This document shows positions 56,364-64,000 of a stretch of 64,000 bases of DNA, piece after piece. Under the pieces are notes generated by a model, which was not told the origin of the DNA, made no database searches, and saw only the letters and a program-made list of their open reading frames with translations. The translations under genes and the position numbers were made by a program. The first letter of the stretch is position 1. Each line of letters starts with the position of its first letter. Origin of the DNA: Bacteroidales bacterium (GTDB lineage Bacteria; Bacteroidota; Bacteroidia; Bacteroidales; UBA932); NCBI GenBank assembly GCA_017551785.1, contig JAFZKU010000010.1:3980-67979 (forward strand), written 5' to 3'.

Positions 56364-59300
56364 TACAGAAGTTTAAGAGAAATCATCAATTCGTTGTTGT
56401 GGCGGCCTCTGACGAAACCTTCGGGGGCGAACAGATGGGCGTAGCCTATCGAGAGGGTGGTCTTCAGATAGTTGAAGAACACTATCTCGGTGGTCACCTG
56501 GGCTCCCGTGCTGTAATACATCTGGCGCTGCAAACCGGGATTCCATGTTGACAGGCCGGTGCCGAACAGTGAGCACTGGATCCATGTCGGATATAGGAAC
56601 AGGAAGCCGAAATCGTTGAGACGCAAAGGACGGAGATTCAGTTCACCTGTCGCCTTGGCGTAAGAGTGAGCCTTGATATCGTCGATGCAGGCGCCCGGCA
56701 TAGCTATGGAGGTGCGGTACATGAACGCATTGCGGTTGTCGATGCGGTTGTTGCGCATTCCTCCGAGGTAGGTATTACCGAAGGCCGACTTGGGATCGCC
56801 GAAAGAATGACCTGCAGCAGTGCGGAGCCAGAACGTGGTATTGCGGCTGACGGGCAGCAGCACGCCGAAGTCTCCGGTAGCTTCCACAGACGGGAAGAAG
56901 CTGCCGCCGGCCAGATAGCCGTAGCCCTGAAGGCCGACCTCAAAGCCTTGCTCCTTCATCACTGCGCCGAGGGTGTTGCGGAACTTGCTTATCTTACCGT
57001 AAGCAGAAACAGTCTGCATTGAGCGGATGCCATCGTCGACGCTGATCTCCTGATAGAGAGGCAGCGCGTCCATGTCGCCGTATGCACCGACAGAAGCTCC
57101 CCAGTTATATGTGTAGGGCACATGCAGAGTGTTGGTCCAGTCATAAGCCACTGACACCATGTATCCTTTACGGCTGTTGCGGATAGGGCCCGCGAGGTCG
57201 TAGAAGTCGGTATGGTTCCAGGCAGCCTTCATGGTCCAGAAGTAATACTTCCACTCGAAGTCCGCATGGAACTTGTTTTTCATGTCGTTGCTGCTCCACG
57301 GAGACACACCCAGACCAAGCTTGATGCTGCTCAGACCCACCGGATCCCTGAACTGAAGACGATAGCCCAGCACGGGGGTCACGCGGTTCCACGCCTTGTT
57401 GTCGACAAAACCGGTGATGATGGGATATGCTCCCGCAAAACGCATCTCTTTGAATACGTTGTAAGGAGTGATATTGTTGTAGACATCTCCGAAGTCGATC
57501 TGCTTCAGCGGCTCCTTGAGCAGACCCACAGATTCCAGAGCTTCTACGTTATTATCGTAAGCCTTCTGGCCGTACAGCTCGATGGCGTTGGCATCCTCCA
57601 CCACTTTGCGGTCCAGCATCACGGGGCGCATGCCGTCACGCTCAAACTCCAGGGCCATTATCTTGCCCGGCTCGATTTCCAGCGGGGCGAATAGGCCGAT
57701 GTCGGTGTTCGTGAGCAAATCCATCTCGCCAGTAGCGATCTCAATCTGCCAGATATTGGAAACTCCGGTATAGTATGAACTACCTATCAGGTATTTGTCA
57801 TCCAGAGAGAAGCGAAACTGACCCAGGTTGGTATCTTCGAAGGTCACCAGTTCCTCGGCCTCGAACTTTGCATTGTCCAGGTCTTCGGTGCGGAACAGCA
57901 GCAGAGTGTGCTCGCCGTTCTCGCCCTGCTTAGTCATGGAAATCAGCTTGCCGTCATGGCTCACGGCAAGGTCGAAAATGCTGACGCCGAAGGGGAAGGC
58001 ATAGATTATTTCCGGATTCTCGATGTCCTTGTCGTATCGTATGATGGACTGAGTGCCGGCGTTCGAGAACAGACCGTAGAGGCGGTCGGTGGCATCGTCG
58101 TACACTATATTGTTGACACGCTGGAACTCTTTCTTCTTCACCACCTTCTTCTTCTTAAGGTCATAGACGCTAAGACCGCGGTACTTGGCGTTGTTGAAGG
58201 TGAATATCAGACGCTGGTTGTTGCGGTCCAGAGCCACATAAGCCGGGTTGTAAAGCTGGATGCCGTAGAGGGGAGCCACTTTACGCTCCTTGCCGGTGTT
58301 AAGGTCTATCTCAGTGATGTGGGCGAAGTCGCCGGGCGCGTTCATAGCTGCGTAGGCCTTGCCTGTACCGGGGTCATAGACGAAAGGCGACACGGAACCC
58401 AGAGGCTCCTTGCTGAGCGGAGTGGTCTCGGTAATCGGATACTCGCGGATGATTGCCAGATTGGCTTCATCATGCTTCTTTTCATCCTCCTTCCATTCGT
58501 TCCACACCTCGCGCAACGGACGTCCGTACACCTGCTTGAACTGGCTGCCCATGAAGGGGCGGCTGTCAGCAGTACGGTTATAGAAACTTATAAGATTTTC
58601 GTAGCCGTAGTTGGCCACCATGTAATTCACGAAACGTGTACCGTAGAGGTACGCATTCGCTCCCACCTGGAAGTCCATGGTAGAGCCTTCAGTCTCCAGA
58701 CCTACAACAGAATAGAGAGGTTCTCCACCGTTGATGATGCTGCGGAAATACATCTCGTCATATCCGCCAAGGGCGCGGCCCACTCCGCCGCCCAGCCATG
58801 TCTCCATGAAGCAGGCGATGCCTTCGTGGTACCAGCGCGGCGCATACCAGCGCGGAACGGTCAGATAGCTCCAGATGGCGGAAATAGGCTGAGAGTTGTC
58901 GGTACCCACTTTGGTGCCGAAGAACTTGCGCCAGCCCAGATCCTGGCGGTTGTACTTGTCAGACATCACGATATGCGTATACTCGTGACAGAAAAGCTTA
59001 CGGTAACGCTCAGATGACGGAGCGATGTAATAGGCCATGTTCATTGGCGCCATACCGATCTGGATCAGGGAACGCTGAAGCGGAGTGGCTCCGCCGTTAC
59101 CATCGTCTTCCCAGTCGGTCAGAAGCAGTAGAGGGGGCTCCGGAACATAGAGAGAATCGGTGGTCCATATCTGTTCGTGGAGGGCCTTGCCATTCTGGAA
59201 CATGCGTACCACATGGGGGATGTAGCGCGACAGGTTCTTGTCGAAGAAGACCAGTTGAGCCTCATCTGTCTTATACTGATAATAAGTCTGGCTCTGCGCC

Positions 59301-59368
59301 TGAGACACAAGCGGAAGAGCCAGAATTATGGTCAGTATGCAAATGCGTATGCGGATAGTACTTGACAC
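56363..59368 (-). CDS. 1001-aa secreted protein: N-terminal HExxH zincin-like domain, TolB/PD40-like beta-propeller region, C-terminal Omp85/BamA-like beta-barrel
   Basis: Signal peptide (GTG start at 59368). CHEYTHIVMS (HExxH), with downstream WYHEGIACFME as a possible third ligand. The middle has repeated propeller-like segments. The C-terminus has YLGGMRNNR...GELNLRPL...FGFLFLYP...SLFGTGL, reminiscent of Omp85 barrels. Domain calls are by eye. Confidence 0.55.
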   Translation of the reverse strand: MSSTIRIRICILTIILALPLVSQAQSQTYYQYKTDEAQLVFFDKNLSRYIPHVVRMFQNGKALHEQIWTTDSLYVPEPPLLLLTDWEDDGNGGATPLQRSLIQIGMAPMNMAYYIAPSSERYRKLFCHEYTHIVMSDKYNRQDLGWRKFFGTKVGTDNSQPISAIWSYLTVPRWYAPRWYHEGIACFMETWLGGGVGRALGGYDEMYFRSIINGGEPLYSVVGLETEGSTMDFQVGANAYLYGTRFVNYMVANYGYENLISFYNRTADSRPFMGSQFKQVYGRPLREVWNEWKEDEKKHDEANLAIIREYPITETTPLSKEPLGSVSPFVYDPGTGKAYAAMNAPGDFAHITEIDLNTGKERKVAPLYGIQLYNPAYVALDRNNQRLIFTFNNAKYRGLSVYDLKKKKVVKKKEFQRVNNIVYDDATDRLYGLFSNAGTQSIIRYDKDIENPEIIYAFPFGVSIFDLAVSHDGKLISMTKQGENGEHTLLLFRTEDLDNAKFEAEELVTFEDTNLGQFRFSLDDKYLIGSSYYTGVSNIWQIEIATGEMDLLTNTDIGLFAPLEIEPGKIMALEFERDGMRPVMLDRKVVEDANAIELYGQKAYDNNVEALESVGLLKEPLKQIDFGDVYNNITPYNVFKEMRFAGAYPIITGFVDNKAWNRVTPVLGYRLQFRDPVGLSSIKLGLGVSPWSSNDMKNKFHADFEWKYYFWTMKAAWNHTDFYDLAGPIRNSRKGYMVSVAYDWTNTLHVPYTYNWGASVGAYGDMDALPLYQEISVDDGIRSMQTVSAYGKISKFRNTLGAVMKEQGFEVGLQGYGYLAGGSFFPSVEATGDFGVLLPVSRNTTFWLRTAAGHSFGDPKSAFGNTYLGGMRNNRIDNRNAFMYRTSIAMPGACIDDIKAHSYAKATGELNLRPLRLNDFGFLFLYPTWIQCSLFGTGLSTWNPGLQRQMYYSTGAQVTTEIVFFNYLKTTLSIGYAHLFAPEGFVRGRHNNELMISLKLL

Positions 59369-59397
59369 GCAGCTATACTGTTTTGGGAATTTAAGAA

Positions 59398-60726
59398 TTA
59401 CTGAGGTTGAATAACAAGGTCATTCACCATGCCAAACTGGTCATGCATAACCAGGCCGAACTGGTCTTGCAGAGGGGTGAATTCAGCCTGCTGAATACCA
59501 GGAACACCGTTCACTACAATAACGGCTGAGGCTACGTCGTTCAGAGCAGGGAAAGGCATAGATAAGCCCATTACACCGACAAGATCGCCAATAGTGAATT
59601 TGTCGCCAACCAGGAAGTCACTGCCGATCTTGAATTCATCGTTAACCTGGAATTCATCGTTAACCACGAATCCATCATTAACCACGAATCCATCGTTAAC
59701 TACGAATCCATCGTTAACCTGAAATCCATCGCCAACCTTGAATTCATCGCCAACAAAGAAAACATGGTCACCCACAGTAATTAACTGGTCTCCAATTTGG
59801 AATCCATCGCCAACCTTGAAATCAGTACCAACAACGAAAGTCTGGTCGCCCACTGTGAATTTGTCACCCACAGTGAATTTGTCGCCGACCTGGAAACCAT
59901 TGTCGCCGACCTTGAATTCATCGTTAACAGTGATTACACCAGCCTGATCGGCAAAATATTGAGTAAAATCAGAATTGTAGCCCATTACCAGTTCCAATCC
60001 AGTATTGGAGAATAAAGACATTTGGAATTCCTGAGGGAACTCTTGCAGAACTGCGGCGGTCTTTTCTGCTGCAAGCTGATAACCTTTCTTTTTCAATTCT
60101 GCTGCAGTCTTGTCGTCCTTATTGAGGAAAGCGGTCACTTGCTGATATTCAAGCCACTGGTCGCGGATGAATTTGAGGGGGTCGCTGCCGGCATTGTTCT
60201 TCAGATAAGTATCGGCTGTGTCGATAAAACGAGTGGCCAGATTGTTCTGTTTCTGGAGGAGATTGTATGCCAGAGCAGCATTGTTGGTGCTCTGGGCAAC
60301 GTCTTTGGCTGACTCGCCGCTAAGAACTGCATTCAGATCAGCACCAGCCGCTTCCATCGAAGCGCAGACATTATTGATTGTCGGCTGAACATCTTTCATA
60401 TCCTTGAGCACAGCGCTGAACTCCGGAATGTTGCCAGCTACTTGATCAGAAGCCTCAACCAGAGCGTTGAACTGATCGGCACGAGTCTTCATCACCATGT
60501 ATGCGGCCACGATGTTGTTTCTGTATTCTACATCGTTCATCAGGAGTTCCTGCATATTGCTATCACCTTCACCGGCAGTTTTGCGGGAGAAACGGGCAGA
60601 CTTGGCTACATTACCGCTAGCATTGTCATAATCAATAGGCCAGTCGATAATCCTTGATACGACATAGCCGACAACACATACTGCAAGTACTGAGAGCAGT
60701 ATGATAAGTCCTTTTTTCTTTTTCAT
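59398..60726 (-). CDS. Membrane-anchored protein with a helical domain and ~18 tandem hexapeptide repeats (V/I-G/N-D-x-F-x)
   Basis: MKKKKGLIILLSVLAVCVVGYVV is the TM anchor. Residues ~270-385: VGDNGFQVGDKFTVGDKFTVGDQTFVVGTDFKVGDGFQIGDQLITVGDHVFFVGDEFKVGDGFQVNDGFVVNDGFVVNDGFVVNDEFQVNDEFKIGSDFLVGDKFTIGD. Confidence 0.7.
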   Translation of the reverse strand: MKKKKGLIILLSVLAVCVVGYVVSRIIDWPIDYDNASGNVAKSARFSRKTAGEGDSNMQELLMNDVEYRNNIVAAYMVMKTRADQFNALVEASDQVAGNIPEFSAVLKDMKDVQPTINNVCASMEAAGADLNAVLSGESAKDVAQSTNNAALAYNLLQKQNNLATRFIDTADTYLKNNAGSDPLKFIRDQWLEYQQVTAFLNKDDKTAAELKKKGYQLAAEKTAAVLQEFPQEFQMSLFSNTGLELVMGYNSDFTQYFADQAGVITVNDEFKVGDNGFQVGDKFTVGDKFTVGDQTFVVGTDFKVGDGFQIGDQLITVGDHVFFVGDEFKVGDGFQVNDGFVVNDGFVVNDGFVVNDEFQVNDEFKIGSDFLVGDKFTIGDLVGVMGLSMPFPALNDVASAVIVVNGVPGIQQAEFTPLQDQFGLVMHDQFGMVNDLVIQPQ

Positions 60727-60767
60727 ATGATAATAAAATTAGTTATCAAAAAAGTAAATTCTCAATG

Positions 60768-60775
60768 CAAAGTTA
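60768..60775 (-). promoter_or_regulatory. Candidate -7 box (TAACTTTG on the minus strand) for the 60726-55326 operon
   Basis: Plus-strand CAAAGTTA, 41 nt upstream of the ATG at 60726. Confidence 0.35.
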
Positions 60776-61014
60776 GATAAAAATCACCGAGAATGCAATA
60801 GAAACACCTATTTAATTAGGAGCGTGCGATGAGACGTGGCAGGTTGGCGCGAAGACCCGTGCGAAAACCCGTGCGCCAGACAGTCACTCCGCACTGTCCG
60901 GACATCCACTCCATCTTGCCAGGACATCAAGTATGGCTTCAGGTGCGCAAGGCCTGCTAAAATGCAACAGACCTTGTACGCTGGGGTGTCTTTCTCGCTC
61001 TGTAGGGCCGGAGA

Positions 61015-61524
61015 TTACTGGGTGGGAATCACGTAGATTTCTACGCGACGGTTCTTGGCGCGGCCTTCCTCAGTGCTGTTGTCTGCGACCGGATCGTCGA
61101 ACGCCAGGCCTTTTGTGGTGATGCGGTCGGCGCCTATTCCCTTGGTCTGAAGATATTTGGAGACCTCGTTGGCGCGTCTGGCCGAAACCGTCAGGTTCGC
61201 TTCGTGGGTGCCTACATTGTCGGTGTGGCCATAGACTCTGATGCGGCTCTCGGGCAGGTCGGAAATGGCTTCGACCAGTTCGTCGAGAGATGTTTTGGCT
61301 TCATTGCTGATTGACGTCTGATTGAAGCCGAACAGGATTCCGCTTTCAAATGTGACTTTCAGGGCGGCAAGGCCGTCTTCGAGGGTTACGGATTCCACTA
61401 TCGCGCCCTTGAGGTCCGAGAGGGCCGATACTTTTTCTTTGACGACTCGTCTGGCCGAATTCATTGATAGGCTGCAGCTGGCGACAAGTGTGCTGCACAA
61501 AAGGAGAAGGAATAACTTTTTCAT
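61015..61524 (-). CDS. OmpA-family (peptidoglycan-binding) lipoprotein
   Basis: MKKLFLLLLCSTLVASC lipobox at 61524. OmpA_C motifs: FGFNQTSI, RIRVYGHTDNVGTHEANLTVSARRANEV, GRAKNRRVEI. The ORF-track N-terminal extension to 61719 runs through the tRNA gene and is rejected. Confidence 0.85.
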   Translation of the reverse strand: MKKLFLLLLCSTLVASCSLSMNSARRVVKEKVSALSDLKGAIVESVTLEDGLAALKVTFESGILFGFNQTSISNEAKTSLDELVEAISDLPESRIRVYGHTDNVGTHEANLTVSARRANEVSKYLQTKGIGADRITTKGLAFDDPVADNSTEEGRAKNRRVEIYVIPTQ

Positions 61525-61640
61525 ATTCAAATATATAAAAAAGAATTTGGAATTCCACACTCTCCGGGAGAGCAAGCTCACGACGGGTACGTAAACGAAA
61601 AAGGCATCGCAGTTTTGCTGCAATGCCTTTTCCTTCTTTG

Positions 61641-61725
61641 CGGAGAGTGAGGGATTCGAACCCCCGAACCCTTTCGGATCAACAGTTTTCAAGACTGCCG
61701 CCATCAACCACTCGGCCAACTCTCC
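61641..61725 (-). tRNA. tRNA-Ser (anticodon UGA)
   Basis: Minus strand GGAGAGTTGGCCGAGTGGTTGATGGCGGCAGTCTTGAAAACTGTTGATCCGAAAGGGTTCGGGGGTTCGAATCCCTCACTCTCCG. 7-bp acceptor stem, anticodon loop CU-UGA-AA, long variable arm, GTTCGAATC T-loop. Confidence 0.9.
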
Positions 61726-61788
61726 TTCCCATAAGGGACTGCAAATATAGATATTTTTGGATATTGTACAAAAATAAATTTCGCAGGG

Positions 61789-64000
<2,212 letters not shown>

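Noticed and set aside
61525-61719. N-terminal extension of the OmpA-family ORF to 61719
   Set aside because: The extension translates the tRNA-Ser gene and its flank. A canonical lipoprotein signal starts at the internal ATG at 61524.

Overview
The window looks like a Bacteroidales chromosome segment. Evidence: Bacteroidetes-type TAnnTTTG -7 promoter boxes, lipoprotein-rich surface loci, and rpsU-xerC-hpf and mutA-mutB synteny. It has three parts. (1) 1-24.2 kb is an accessory surface and glycan region. It holds a partial GH92 alpha-mannosidase fused in frame to an M64 IgA-peptidase-like domain, a GH43 with a discoidin domain, and an ECF sigma factor with a membrane partner. It also holds an ~18 kb minus-strand type V (FimA/Mfa-like) pilus operon: DUF3575 barrel, Mfa2/DUF5119-like lipoprotein, seven tandem fimbrillin paralogs and three large fimbrillin-related lipoproteins. 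The operon faces a divergent membrane-embedded AraC regulator. (2) 24.4-55.3 kb is mostly housekeeping (obg, lplA, hpf, xerC, rpsU, mutAB, plsC-like, parE, a giant NtrY-like histidine kinase, rlmH, efp, ispH, cmk, a sigma-54 response regulator, der, a split 5'-nucleotidase, an ABC-2 exporter, tdk, rsmI, a ComEA-like protein). This block is interrupted at the window centre by an IS200/Y1 HUH (RAYT-like) transposase gene. That gene is bracketed by tandem arrays of a 37-nt imperfect palindrome with a strict 51-bp period, and a third array in the opposite orientation lies about 4 kb away. I rank this gene plus its cognate REP-like arrays as the most interesting element. (3) 55.3-64 kb holds a three-gene envelope operon of unknown function (a membrane-anchored VGDxFx hexapeptide-repeat protein, an HExxH-zincin/beta-propeller/Omp85-like barrel protein, and a PrsW-like intramembrane protease). 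It also holds an OmpA-family lipoprotein, tRNA-Ser(UGA) and two tandem esterase paralogs. All protein family calls rest on motif recognition by eye. No database search was run.
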